A stretch of 63,906 bases of DNA, counting the filler, from Collodictyon triciliatum (lineage: Eukaryota): the NCBI GenBank assembly GCA_043381765.1. It is 7 parts of 7 records of this genome, joined end to end, with 100 filler letters (N's around TTAATTAATTAA, not from the genome) between each part and the next. Parts side by side here need not be neighbours in the genome. Positions count along the whole stretch, not along the records: positions 24,015 to 41,412 come from JBHJMP010000858.1; positions 41,513 to 47,454 come from JBHJMP010000861.1; positions 47,555 to 51,079 come from JBHJMP010000863.1; positions 51,180 to 55,111 come from JBHJMP010000868.1; positions 55,212 to 58,195 come from JBHJMP010000872.1; 2 more parts are not named here. One strand, given 5' to 3'. A program made the translations under genes and the position numbers. Below are positions 41,249 to 57,520 of this stretch, piece by piece. The notes under the pieces are model-generated. The model did no database searches. It saw nothing but the letters and a program-made list of their open reading frames with translations, and was not told the DNA's origin. The stretch's first letter is position 1; each line of letters starts with the position of its first letter.

Positions 41249-41899
41249 TTCAATTTTTGCCTTTTCTCGTTCGCAAAGCCTCGCTTTGGCAGGGTCTTTT
41301 TCTTTTTCTTTTGTTTTCTTTTCTTTCTCGCTGTGGGTTTTACCTGCAGCATGACTGTGTGATTGAATTGTGTATCCTTTTCTCGCTCTTTTTTTTTTTT
41401 TTTTTTTTTTTTNNNNNNNNNNNNNNNNNNNNNNNNNNNNNNNNNNNNNNNNNNNNTTAATTAATTAANNNNNNNNNNNNNNNNNNNNNNNNNNNNNNNN
41501 NNNNNNNNNNNNACAACAAACAACAAAAGCGCTCATTTTTAAAAAAAAAAAAAAATTTTAAGTTGTTTTTTTTTTTTTTTTTTCCCTTTTTTTTTTTTTT
41601 TTTTTTTCCTTTTTTTTTTTCTGTTCTCTTTTCCTTCTTTTCTTTTTCACCTCCCAGCCCGACTTATCTTTTCATAAAAATAAATTGGATAAAAAAAACT
41701 CATTGTTTCATGGTATATCCCTATTTATGCATGAGTTTGTCTTTCTTTTCTTTTTGATCTGTCAATTGCAAGAGGATAGATATGTATTTGCGCCTAACGA
41801 GATAAGGGGAAGGAATGGAATTACATGTGTTTACGCCCATAGAAATCCGTCAAATCTTTAGGGTCAGGACTTTGCTATGAAGTTTTTGGTCTGACTCTA

Positions 41900-44800
41900 T
41901 CACGGGTGCATATTTGTTGGCACTTTGTCGGACGAGTACCGTATATACTGCAACAGAAGGCGCGTGTTATGAAGCGAATGAATAGTAGTTGACAAGAAGC
42001 AAATATTGTTGTTCTCCTAGGAAAAGTTTGAAAACAGTCCAAATAGCCTTTGTTTTAGGCTCACGCCACCAGCCGAATCCACAGTGGTTTCTGGTATCCC
42101 ATGGAGCAAGCTGACGATTTCACGAAAGCTGGGCCTTTTTATTTTATTTATTATTGATTTGTTATCTTGGGGAAATACTTTATGATTTAACGATATGACG
42201 GCTACATACTTAGATGGGTGAAAGACTTGGTTTAATCGTAATCAGATACACACCGCTCGTTCGGGTCTCCTGTCCAGCAGCGTTTGATGAGACTGGCCAA
42301 GTCTGGAGGACATGTTGGAGGGATTTTGGGTCTCCTTTGCGAATGTGTAGAAAAATTATTAGTTGTTTATATTAAAAATAGATAAATTACGGAATTTAAT
42401 TGTACTTATAGTTTCATCAGAAAGATTGAAAAAGCAACTACATGTTTGTTTTTCAAAAAAAAAAAAAAAAAGAATAACAATGGTTCAGTAACACATTTAT
42501 AGATAAACTAGAGTGCATGCCTGTCTTCATTGCTGACCGCCATGGCCGCCTGAATTGGAGTCAGGTGCTTGAATGGAAGCTCCCTCGCAACAATCTCCCA
42601 TAAAATTATTCCGAAACTATACACATCAACCTATATCAAGAAATTAATAGAAATAAATATAAAAAAGAGCCTTTGTTATTTAGCTTGGTGTTCGTCTAAA
42701 TAGGGGTATTCAAATATTCTCTCACCTTTTGAGTGTATTTTTGATGCTTAATTACTTCTGGTGCCATCCATCTGTTTCACGTTTGTGACAATATGAAGGA
42801 ATAATAATTAAAAAAAAAACTCGTGGTGAGATGAATCTGTTTCAGAAATAGAAAAAGCAGAACCTACATTCTTCGTTTTGTACATGTTTTTTTTTTTTGT
42901 TCCAGCCATGATTGCACCATTGTATTTATTTAACTTTTTGCGTATGCATTTATTTCCAAAAAAAAACAACTGTATATGAAACCTATAGGAGCCAGTTTCC
43001 CCGGTCATGTTTTCTCCTAATGACCTGGATACTCCAAAGTCCACCACTTTGAAGAGTTGATTTCTATCGTCGAACTAAACCCCCCAACAAATATTGAATG
43101 AGACTATGCTCACGATTTCTCACAAACCAGTTCAATATATTATTCTGCAATTTACTACGTTATGCAGATGAAAAGAGATTCGTAACTCTGAATTCTTACC
43201 AACAGGTTCTGGCTTTTCAAATCGCGATGAACATAATTTATAGAGTGCAAGTATTCCATCGCACAAGCTATATCTTTGGCCACTCGGACTGCAGATAACC
43301 GTATCTTGGCTGTTCTGACATGCAAGAGGTCATACAAGCTACCTCCTCCAAGAAACTAACCTCGTAATTAGAATGATAAATATGAATACTAGTAAATAAA
43401 AGGCAATCATTTAGCCAAAAAGCCGTTAAACTGATGAAAGACTAATCTATTTGAATAAAAGTAAATTTTGTATGCAATTCACATGAGAAAATAAATAAGA
43501 GGAGTAAAGACTATTCTTTGAAATAAACACCTCTGTTACAAGAAATAAATGTGGAGGCTTTGTTGATGCACCCAGATACTTTACCACGTTAGGATGGTTC
43601 ATTAAGCTGGATATAAACCAAAAACAAAAAAAAAAGGATAAAAACATTTAATTTTTATGGATAATAAACTTTGAATCGAATAAAGGAAAAAAAATTTTTT
43701 TATGGATAATCGAATTGCGACTATGTGTTAATGTCATACGAAGGCAATAAAATACTAGATAATATGTAAATGAATTTATGAAAAGGTTTGGGCATGGTGC
43801 ATAATATATACATATATGAGTTAATCTGAAAATAGAGTAATTGAATAAGGAAACATATACATGCCTCAAAATTCTGATTTCATTTAAAAACTCGGTCCGA
43901 GTCGTCGGATTGTTCATTTGGTCTTTGTTCAGCAGCTTCACAGCAACGTGCGTAGGTTTTTGAGAAGTTTTTAGCAAGGCCCTCCACAGAACGCCGCCAT
44001 ATCCCTATGATGGAACGGAAGGTGGCTGTTAGCACGTGAAAGGGAAAAAAAATAATGGAAAATGTGGGGGGGGGGGGGGAATGAGCAAAGAAAAATGTAA
44101 TAATGTTATTGGTCTAATTGGAAGTTTCTCAAATGGAAGGAAAAATCACTTCAGAAATCCTTTCTTGCAAATCCAAGTCCTTGAAGTTTATCTTCTTTTC
44201 TTCATACGGTATAATAGGAGCTGATAAGCCGGGTGCTGTCACACAAGCAATTTTTATCAGGGTTATATAGATGACACATTAATAAATGGTTATAATGAGG
44301 AAGTGAATTTTCTATGAATAAAGAAAAATAAAGTAGTTTGGAATCTATCGATAAAGATGTAAAACACCACCAATATTTGTCATGGCTGCGCACTCCTGGT
44401 GGAGCTGTGTATGTACAACTCTACTGGCATTCATCTCTTCAGATAATGTTTGTACCAATGATTCTTTCAACTGATAAAGTTAAGTTGCGTTTTTACATTA
44501 AAAAGTGATGATAATTCAAAATTTGCGCCCTCTGTTTCTATCGCCTGTATGAAGTTGAAATGTTATTGTATTCATAAGCTTTATTCTTTTTGGTTTTATA
44601 TTTCAAAATTGTATAATCTCCACAGAAAAACATACTTGTTGGGCGTTCATTTCTGACTTGACAACAAAGAAATCAAGAGCGAAGTTATCTTTAGTGCAGA
44701 ATATATGTGCCTCTGTGACTGTAATTAGCATGCTGGCGAATGCAGCTTCAAAGTTAAAGTTTTGGTCAGCTATCTGTTAATATAGTTTTATGTATTTGCG

Positions 44801-45356
44801 ATATAGTACTACTTTTTTTAAAAAAAAAATGGAAAGGAGCACTTGGTATACATGATATCATATGGAGAAGGAAAGGTTGGTCAGCCAGTGCAATCGCGAT
44901 TCTGTGCTCATTCTCGTTCGTACTGGAAACCTCAACACGGACAGATGTACTTCCGCCCTATAAATGATGTATCATGAGCGCATTGCATCTGGTTGACCAA
45001 CATCCAATAGATTCATTTGTGTGCCGATATAACTTTATACAAAAATAAACAGTTACAGAACGCAGGCTTTCGAGCATCTCGCGGTGTATTGGAATGTCAT
45101 CTACAACCACTTCCGTCATGTAATTCATGGGGAGCAGCTTTAGATAAGCGTGGTATTCGGCTGGAAACTCTTGAAGCATCGACATGAACCATTCTGCCGT
45201 GGCGATCTTGCCAGAAACTCCTGTCGATGCAGTCCCATTCGATGAACTCCGGCCTACGATGTCTCCGCGCAGTTGCGGTGATTCGGCCGGTGCGGTGGGA
45301 GAATTTGTGGGTGGGTGTTGGGCTGTTGGGTTGAGTGCTGCAGGCTGGCTCTCCAT
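41900..45356 (-). CDS. ACT-domain tyrosine-kinase-like (Raf-like, STY8/17/46-type) protein kinase; 13 exons, two GC-AG introns
   Basis: ACT domain [40 protein letters not shown]; kinase motifs [88 protein letters not shown]. Frame of the last exon is uncertain. Confidence 0.92.
43666..43696 (+). mobile_element. 5'-truncated retroposon-like insert with 14-bp TSD, in a kinase intron
   Basis: AAACTTTGAATCGAATAAAGGAAAAAAAATT flanked by TTTTTATGGATAAT at 43652-43665 and 43697-43710. Confidence 0.8.
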
Positions 45357-45957
45357 CTCTGGTCAGAAATCTGGGGTGAAAGACTATGGTTTTATTTGTG
45401 CTTTATATTTTTTTGTTTTTTGTTGTTTTTTGTTGTTTGTTGTTGTTTTTTGTTGTTGTTTTGATGTTTTTTGTTGTTCTGTTGTTGTTTTTGGTTTGTT
45501 GTTTTTTGCTTGTTGTTTTTTGCTTGTTGTTTNNNNNNNNNNNNNNNNNNNNNNNNNNNNNNNNNNNNNNNNNNNNNNNNNNNNNNNNNNNNNNNNNNNN
45601 NNNNNNNNNNNNNNNNNNNNNNNNNNNNNNNNNNNNNNNNNNNNNNNNNNNNNNNNNNNNNNNNNNNNNNNNNNNNNNNNNNNNNNNNNNNNNNNNNNNN
45701 NNNNNNNNNNNNNNNNNNNNNNNNNNNNNNNNNNNNNNNNNNNNNNNNNNNNNNNNNNNNNNNNNNNNNNNNNNNNNNNNNNNNNNNNNNNNNNNNNNNN
45801 NNNNNNNNNNNNNNNNNNNNNNNNNNNNNNNNNNNNNNNNNNNNNNNNNNNNNNNNNNNNNNNNNNNNNNNNNNNNNNNNNNNNNNNNNNNNNNNNNNNN
45901 NNNNNNNNNNNNNNNNNNNNNNNNNNNNNNNNNNNNNNNNNNNNNNNNNNNNNNNNN

Positions 45958-47454
45958 CTAGAGTAGAATAAACAACCATCCCAAGCAGCTTCCAAGAAAG
46001 ACGCCAGACTGACAGGCAAATATCTGCAACAATCAAGCGAGTGAGGGGCATGCGAAGTGATATGAAACACATCAAGTCCTGAGAATCATAAAAGAGGGAC
46101 ACAGTCCCTTACCATGATAGAACCAGCGAGCTCCTTCTCGGCGGGCTCGGCGTTGTCAGGCCCAAACATCATCAGCAAGCTCCCACAGTAGCCATTGGAA
46201 AAAGCAAAGACAGCCCCCGTGAGGTACATAACAACATCTGTCCCAAAAGCCTGAAAGTACGAAATATATCACAAAAGGACATTCAGCCAACCAGCCATGG
46301 AGTCATCGTAGTGGATTCGTTGTGTGGATAAGACAAAACGATGTAAAAAGGGGAGAAAAAGAAGAGAAGAGAATTGTTCAAAAGTGAAGCGAAGAGACAA
46401 GGTATAGTCTTACCTGAAAGTAGCACAAAACAAACAACGGAACGAAAATCAATCTTGAGATAACAGCAATCCAAATATTATCGGGGCGGAGTATGACAAA
46501 TAGTCCAGGAGAACTCCGACCAACGAAGTCAAAAAAGAGGAAAATGGACTAGAAAACAGTGCGATTTTAGTCTTCTTTTTTCTTTTTCTTTTTTCTATTT
46601 TCTTTTTTCTATTTTCTTTTTTCTATTTTCTTTTTTCTATTTTCTTTTTTCTATTTTCTTTTTTCTCTTTTCTCTTTTCTCTTTTCTTTTTTTGAATTCG
46701 TCCGACGATCAAATAATATGAGAATGAATAGTATGGATATGGATTTAAATGTATTTTATGGTTTTGTGTGTCTAGTATATTTCAGACAAGGAACCTACGA
46801 TGTTGATGATTGCGAACCAATCGCCCAAGGAACTAGATTCGCTTGGGATGATGGCCACCAAACCAGGGAAGAGGGATAATGTGATTCCGAATGAAGAAAA
46901 TACAAGTGCAGCAGTTTTCCATACCTTCCCAAAGACGACCCAGTAAGGTATTTTTGGCTCTTGAAGTTTTTTAACTTTGGCTAACATATGAAATTGTCAG
47001 CATGTGGCGACATCGTGTCGTGAACGAAGTGATTGTGATAAAAATGATTGAATATAGAAAAAATTAAGATTACTAGGAGATATCAAAAGCGCAGTTGATT
47101 CGTTGGAATCGTCTACATTCGATACGACATGAAGGGTTCCAGAGGGATGTTTACTCTATAGATGTTTCGAGTTTGTGGCAGTTACTTATTTTATACGCAG
47201 AAAGAGTGCCTTTTGGTCTAATACGAAAATTTATACATTTATTTAAAAAGACTAATCTTACGCCCAAGGTGGGTGTCTGAATAGAAATGGTAACCCTCCC
47301 AAGCCCAACTTGAATAAACTGCATTCCGATCAGGATACGGTAACCTTTTATTAGAAATTTAGAGTCAAAAAATAGGAAAGTATAGATTTTTGAAGACAAG
47401 TGACTCTGGCTAAGAAGCGTACCAAGAATGCACAAGAAGAGTGCGAATGCGGCG
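45958..47454 (-). CDS. Equilibrative nucleoside transporter (ENT/SLC29), 3' half; 5' part lost in a linker gap
   Basis: Spliced FGITLSLFPGL, FLFFDFVGRS, SRLIFVPLF, FAFSNGYCGSLLMMFGP...EKELAGSIM, GVFLGSCLGWLFILL*, matching ENT TM7-TM11 motifs. Confidence 0.9.
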
Positions 47455-47634
47455 NNNNNNNNNNNNNNNNNNNNNNNNNNNNNNNNNNNNNNNNNNNNTT
47501 AATTAATTAANNNNNNNNNNNNNNNNNNNNNNNNNNNNNNNNNNNNNNNNNNNNAAAACAAAAAACAAAAAAAACAACAAAACAAAAAACAAAAAACAAA
47601 AAACAAAAAACAAAAAAAACAAAAACAAAAAAAA

Positions 47635-47709
<75 letters not shown>

Positions 47710-47792
47710 AAAAAAAACAAAAAAAACAAAAAAAACAAAAAAAACAAAAAAAAACAAAAAAAAAACAAAAACAAAGCAAAACAAAACAAAAC

Positions 47793-47833
<41 letters not shown>

Positions 47834-47849
47834 CGACTTGCAGCACTAG

Positions 47850-50573
<2,724 letters not shown>

Positions 50574-51248
50574 AGGCCATCACGTTTTCCCTAGACCAAA
50601 ATAAAGTGCATCAAATACACATATAATCGTGTTATCATTTTTTCTTCTTTTTTTCCTTTTTTCCTTTTTTTCTTATTTTCTTATTCCTTTTTTTCTTTTA
50701 TTCTTTCTCATTCTTTTTATTCTTTTTATTCTTTTTATTCTTTTTATTCTTTTTATTCTTTTTATTCTTTTTCCTCCTATCTTATTCTTTCTCATTATTT
50801 CTCATTATTTCTCATTCTTTTTCTTCCTTTTTCTTCCTTTTTCTTCCTTTTTCTTCCTTTTTCTTCCTTTTTCTTCCTTTTTCTTCCTTTTTTTCTTCTT
50901 TTTTTCTTCTTTCTTTCTTTCTTTCTTCTTTTCTTTTTTCCTCTTTTTTTCTTTTTTCCATGTTCTGATAAAAAAAACTGCACACAAGCAGCATTTAATG
51001 ATCAATACGTACCCACGTTTCTTCTTGGAAGCAAAAAGCATGAAGGAAAAAAAAAAAAAAAGGAAGAAAAAAAAAACGANNNNNNNNNNNNNNNNNNNNN
51101 NNNNNNNNNNNNNNNNNNNNNNNTTAATTAATTAANNNNNNNNNNNNNNNNNNNNNNNNNNNNNNNNNNNNNNNNNNNNAAGTAATAATTTAATGAGTTT
51201 ATACTCCAAAAAAAAAAAAAAAAAAAAAAAAAAGCGATGTATATAAAC

Positions 51249-52452
51249 CTAGGAGTACTCTGTTATCCAAATAACCAACAGCACAACTGGTAACATAGTC
51301 CTTCATTGGAATGCCAGCATCGATCAGAGCGAGAGTTGCTGCATTTATCGAAGCGCAAACCATCCCTATTAAACAATTACGAAAACTGGAATGAGGGAAT
51401 AGCTTTACCCGGTGAGAAACCATCGTAACATTTTGTATTATATTCCACTTGTCGATGTCGATAGGTAAATGCAGAATAAAAGGGGATACGAAATAAAATT
51501 AATTAGACCAATGAATGTGATATTACCTCCATCAGCTTGCAACACAGTCAGGTAAACATCGATTTGGGACCGAGGAAAGACGTTTGTCATCACAACAGCC
51601 TCGAGCGTTTGTCGAATTATCATGGATATTTCTTGGGAACGTCTGGTTGAAAATCACAGTTTATCATTAGGACTTGGGGAAATATAATAGGAGGTTTCAT
51701 TTCTCCTAATCCACCCTTAATAGTATGAAGATATTTTGCAGTTTTCTTTCGATCTTATGATATTTGTGTGTGAATTGATGCGATGAAGAAACTTTACATC
51801 GTTAGGTTGTCGTATAAGAATATCTTTTCTCGAGGAAATGTTTGTATGGAGCGGATTACCTATCACTCTTTATTCTCCGCTTTCGATCAGAAGAACTCAA
51901 TGTGGAGAGGCTGTATTCACAGTTTATTATTGCGCGATCATGCACTGCTTTGGATCGCTGCTCCACCTATAAACATGAATCAAAATATGCGCCATTATCA
52001 ACTGAATGGCCTTTGGAATATATCTCCTTTGCAATTAAAGAAAATATGTAAAAGTCTTTCACTCCAACTCAAAATACCGCATGATTGAAAAAAAAAATTT
52101 TTGAAACTGTTGATATATTCTTGCAAAAGTACTCAATAAACGGATGCAATAACCCGGGGCAAGTGATAGAACAAAACAATGCGAAATATTGACTGAGGTG
52201 GGGGCGACAAAGAAGCAAACGGAACACACACTGCATACAATCTCCAAACCATGGGCAAAGTCTTTCGCAAGTGCAACATATTTCACATACCTCGCGTGGC
52301 CCGTAAACTGCAGCAATGACCTTGGTGTTTCCTTGTTCAAAGTATGCGCTTCCATCTGCCTTGTCGAATACGCCCATGGAGCAGGCCACTTTTCTCAACT
52401 CACCAGGTCGACGCCCATCCAGTCGCAGACCGGCCAGAGAGACAAATTCCAT
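51249..52452 (-). CDS. RRP41: Exosome complex subunit Rrp41/EXOSC4 (RNase PH family); 3' end lost in a linker gap
   Basis: GLRLDGRRPGELR, ADGSAYFEQGNTKVIAAVYGPRE, DRAIINCEYS, FPRSQIDVYLTVLQADGG, INAATLALIDAGIPMKDYV over four exons. Confidence 0.95.
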
Positions 52453-53809
52453 TCGCGACTGTATTCATGAAAACAAAACAAATAAAAATATAAATAAGGC
52501 AAGCCAGTGGAGATAGGCTTTGCATCCTTGTAGAGAAAAAATAAGGAAAAAAAAAAGGAACAAAAAGAAATAAAGTACAAATATATATAAAAGTAGGCCT
52601 CTGACCTGCACCTAGAACAAAGAATAAAACTACTCTTATTTTATGTGTGTAGGAGAGGAGCTTAGGTATTCTATCGAGACGTACCATGATCCTTCTGGCT
52701 TTCCTAGTCTTGTGGGCTCCTTTGCTGTTGATTTGCTTTCGCTCTGATTTTGCATCTCGCGACAAAGATCAGGACAAAAAGAGAGAAAAGTTATTAATAT
52801 ATCTGGAAATTGTAATATTATGTATTATGTAAGTACATGAATTTTCAATCAAGTATAAATATGCTTCATATTATTTAATATTATATATTATGATATCTAT
52901 ATATACTTTACTAAATACATACACATGTGGATTATATTATTATTAAATTAAATTTCGGCTTTTTAGCACAGTTAATTTATACTTAAAATAAATTCATACT
53001 CAATATACACTAATATATCCGATTACTAGAGTTGTGTTGACGACAACATGTCCGAGAAGGCAATTCAGAAATATCGCGGTATCAGTGGCTGTGTCGAACC
53101 CACGCCCATTATGGAATTAGATATTCCGTTGGAATTCCATATGTGGATTCCTAATTTTCTCCAAATTTTTTTTACCTGATTGGATAGAAGGCCAAAGACA
53201 GGCGAAACTCTAAACCACTCATCGAAACCCGAAAACACACAGAAAGTATGTCTGCTGCAAACAGAGTTTCCTTTGCCTCGAATGCCAGTCTCTGCCAAGC
53301 AGAATCACATCGATACGTGCGCTGGTTGCTTGTGCGACTCAGGCTCAACAAACCACATCCAAGCAACTTCTCGCAAAGCGTGTCTCTCTGAATAGAGCTT
53401 TGCTGAATAAGCCTTTTTCTTTTCTTTTCATTCCTTGTGCTTAATTCTTATAGTCATTTTTTCATGGACGCAACCTGAAGGCGCCCACAAAGGGTATTTT
53501 CTCTCGTTGGCAAAAAGTAGAGAGGCGATCATAAGCCCCTTATTTTGAGATGGATGGGAATGAGGATAAATGCACAATAAAATATACGAATTGTATTCTA
53601 AACAGCCTCGATTTCTCCTTCTTTACTTCCCTCTTGTTGCCTTTCTTTTTTATTCTTTTTATTTTTGGTTGTTTATTTCCTTGCTCTCTTTTGTGGGTTT
53701 TATCCGTCGTTCTTGTAAGACAACTCAGTTGCTCTTGGGCCATATAGGCGACTTTTACATACACATACTCTGTGACTTTTCCGTTGTCTGCTTTCAATTG
53801 GAGTCTTCC

Positions 53810-55064
53810 ATGGCTTTGGAGCTGAAGGTCGCTGGGAAGTTCAAGTTGATACGGAAGCTTGGATCGGGTTCCTTTGGAGAGATTTATCTAGGTACCTTAT
53901 TTGATCAGCATTTAATAACGAAGCGCCTTAGATAAAGCGTTTAATACTCGCCTTTCAAGAAAATGCAATTAGTCTCCTTTTTCTTTTTTCCCTTCCCAGT
54001 TGTTTTTTTTAATTCAAACAAAGATGCTTTCAAGATGAGCCACAAATACAAGTATAGGAATAAGATGAAGAAAAAGCTGATGAAATCGTGAATATGACTT
54101 TAAACTATGGCATTATTAATCCGCTTAAATATCAGGCGTAAACACTACTAATGGAGAAGAAGTTGCCGTAAAGATCGAGCATGCAAGCACAAAGCATCCA
54201 CAGCTGATGTACGAGTCGAAGATATACAAGGCACTCAGCGGCGGAAGTATGTGTCTTTGTCTAATACAAACATCATCATTCACCTTGCATGTTTTCCCCT
54301 TATTACCTTCGTTTCTTCTAACTTCACGTGCGACCCATAATTTTCCTCTATGCAAAAAAAAAAATAAAATAATGAAAATGAAAATGAAAATAAATAAATA
54401 TGAAAAATATGAAAAATATGAAAATAAATAAAAAACAAAAATAAAAATAAATAAATATGAGAAATATGAAAAAGTTCATGCATTCATAGTCGGAATACCA
54501 AATCTTCGGCACTATGGGACAGAGGGAGACTACAATGCGATGGTAATCGATGTGCTGGGTCCAAGTTTGGAAGATTTGTTCACATTCTGTGGGCGACGAT
54601 TAACCCTGAAGACTGTACTAATGCTTGCCGATCAGATGGTTATTGCTTTTTCTTTCTATTTATGTCTTCTTTATGTCTTCTTTATGTCTTCTTTATGTCT
54701 TCTCTATGTCTTCTCTATGTCTTCTCTATGTCTTCTCTATGTCTTCTTTATGTCTTCTTTATGTCTTCTTTATGTCTTCTTTATGTCTTCTTTATGTCTT
54801 CTTTATGTCTTCTTTATGTCTTCTTTATGTCTTCTTTTTATCTTTTTGTCTTCTTTTACCGTTTCAATTTGAGAGTATTTGTAATCACATCATTGCAAGA
54901 CAATTTAAGCATCTACTACCCTGCGTATGATATTGTGCAGATTTTAATATAATACCACACTTTTCTAGATATCAAGAGTTGAATTCATGCACAGCAGAGG
55001 ATTTCTCCATCGTGATATCAAGCCAGACAATTTTCTGATTGGGCTGGGTAGGAAAGAGGCACAG
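53810..55064 (+). CDS. CK1: Casein kinase 1, N-terminal four exons; remainder lost in a linker gap
   Basis: [22 protein letters not shown]...[49 protein letters not shown]. Confidence 0.96.
54658..54836 (+). repeat. 11-bp intronic minisatellite (TTTATGTCTTC)n
   Basis: About 16 tandem units in CK1 intron 3. Comparable intronic arrays: 29520-29635 (11 bp), 39621-39725 (6 bp), 56866-57050 (13 bp), 63808-63906 (14 bp). Confidence 0.95.
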
Positions 55065-55674
55065 GTTTGCATGCAATACTTCTGGCAAAATAGAATGATT
55101 GCCATTCTATCNNNNNNNNNNNNNNNNNNNNNNNNNNNNNNNNNNNNNNNNNNNNTTAATTAATTAANNNNNNNNNNNNNNNNNNNNNNNNNNNNNNNNN
55201 NNNNNNNNNNNAAATGAAAATATATCAAAAGGAAAAGAAAGAAAAGAGGAAACCAGGAAGATATATACGGAAGGACTATGACAGAAAAACACCTTCTGAA
55301 AATATAATGACAAGGGGAAAAAAAAAAAGAGTAAAAGCCACACGACTGTCATTGTCTGTTTCTTCGTGGTCTCTCTCTTTTCCTGCGCCTGGCAAGTGAT
55401 GAAAAGACACTGCCAGATTTGAGTGTTTTGTTTTGTTTTGTTTTTTTAGTTTCCCAGTTCAATCTCCAGCATTTGTCACAACGAACAAGGAGGAACCTTG
55501 CATGGATAAGTGCGACTACTTCACAGCCAGCAAGCAAAGATATGACGGAGAAGAAAGTGGGTTGGGAAAGATAGGGAAATGAGATTATTTTCTCTTTTTT
55601 CTTTGGAAGACAAAAAAAAAAAAAAGCTGATATTTCCTCATTCTTCCTCATGTTGTTTTCAAAAGCCATGTTCT

Positions 55675-57234
55675 TTATTCGGGCTTCTCTGCGTCTTCCT
55701 CGTCCTCGGCAGCGGGCTCAGATGCCTCCAAGTCAGGGAGGTCTGGACAGTGACGTGGAGATAAGCACAACCCATCGTATTAGGAGACATGGGTATCGTC
55801 AAAAAGAAAGAGAAAGACATGACCAAAGGAAGTAAATGATAAATGAGAAAGTGATTAAAAAAAATGAAAGTTGCTACAAACCACCCTCATCTTCATCCTC
55901 TTCATCATCCTCGTCATCACCACCAAAGCCGCCGCCCATCCCAGGGAAACCGCCACCCATTCCAGGGAAACCGCCGCCCATTCCAGGGAAGCCACCAGCA
56001 CCACCCATGCCGCCGAACTTGTTCACATCAAACTTTTCTAAGATTCCAACGAGTAGTGATTTTTATGTCAGTTCCACGCTCATATAAAATCAAATCGAAG
56101 TGTTGCACAAACGTATTTCAATCAATCAATAAAAAGATAAATGAAGAAATAAATAAACAACAAGATAGTATTAAAATAAGCTCGGTTCCAACTGATGCAG
56201 AATGTACATAAAAGGGGGGTACGAAGCATTGAAGGGGAAACAGAAATCAGAGAGGATGCAATATGAGGTCTCAAATCTCTAAGGTTCAAACCTTCGTCGG
56301 CCTCTTCGTCCTCGTCTCTCCACTTGTCCCAGTCAACCTTGATGTAGTGATACTTCCCACCCTCTTTAGTCAGACGAGGCCAGTAGTCTCCGCTTTCCTT
56401 GCGCTTCAAGTTCACTTCAATGCTGCGGGTGGTGGCTTGGTGACGGGATCCCTAGTCATAAAAGCTGAGTCCTTCATGCGGCAATATGTTGACAATCTCT
56501 TATTTTTAACATTTGTGCTCAGATAAGTGTCTTCACTTATATGCATTGTTTTGAGACATAGACAATAGAAGCATACAAAACTGCAAATAGACGAATGAGA
56601 GGAGAGGCAAATAAAGTATTCAGTGCTTTAAATGAAGCCTGCTCACCTCGACGTCGATCTCAGCGTAGAGCGGGACAGTGACTTCGTAAGTGCGGCCGTC
56701 CTTTGAGGAGACACCCTTGAAGTAAAAGACACCTTGCTCACTGTAAGTCACGGTCGGGTTTTGGATGTCGGGCTGCTGCACAGTGATGAAGATGCGGTCC
56801 GGGCGTTGGGCCCACACGAGGTTGGGGATGACTCTGTGGTGAATTGGGCTTGTATTGAGTCCAGAACAGAAGGAAAGAATAGAAGGAAAGAATAGAAGGA
56901 AAGAATAGAAGGAAAGAATAGAAGGAAAGAATAGAAGGAAAGAACAGAAAGAAATAATAGAAGGAAAGAATAGAAGGAAAGAATAGAAGGAAAGAATAGA
57001 AGGAAAGAATAGAAGGAAAGAATAGAAGGAAAGAATAGGAGGGAAAGAACAGAAAGAAATAACAGAGAATAATAGTAGATTATGCGCTGGGACAACAAAA
57101 GGGTGTTCAGGTCTGTTTTCTTTTTGAGAAAATAAGAAATGATGGGGCTTGCGAAGAGAGGGTGCTGTTTCACTAAAACTGATGATTATTATGAAGAACA
57201 AGATGTAGAACAAGAACAGAACTTACGTGGCCAT
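55675..57234 (-). CDS. p23: Hsp90 co-chaperone p23/Sba1; 5 exons, the first with only 8 coding nt
   Basis: ATGGCCAC|GTAAGT, then VIPNLVWAQR, YWPRLTKE...IKVDWDKWRDEDEE, GGFPGMG repeats and acidic tail DLPDLE...KPE*. Confidence 0.95.
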
Positions 57235-57450
57235 GGTCTGGGTGTGGACGACTTCTTTTTCACCGAGCAAAGTGGTTGTGTGAGTTGGGTTTTGGTAACA
57301 AATGGATGGATAAGTGTTTTGGGGTTGATGTTTTTCTCTATGGGCTCTGAAGGCTCGGTACAGAGTAGACAGCAGCGATCATATTTTTATTTCTTTTTTT
57401 AATTCATTTTTATTCATTTTTAGCTTGTATATCTGATCGAGATTTGATCG

Positions 57451-57520
57451 ATTGGGAGGATTGGCTGAGACTCAAGCGAGAGGTGATTGGCGGGGGTGAT
57501 TGATTCTGATTTCTCGAAGT
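57451..57520 (-). promoter_or_regulatory. Cluster of three CCAAT boxes plus a partial heat-shock-element-like TTCnnGAA upstream of p23
   Basis: ATTGG at ~57451, ~57460 and ~57486 on + (CCAAT on the gene strand); TTCTCGAA at ~57511. Short motifs; function inferred. Confidence 0.4.

Noticed and set aside
53030-53175. Short hairpins followed by a T-run between Rrp41 and CK1, as a possible snRNA
   Set aside because: Stems are short, there are no snRNA or snoRNA box motifs, and the region is compatible with a divergent promoter.
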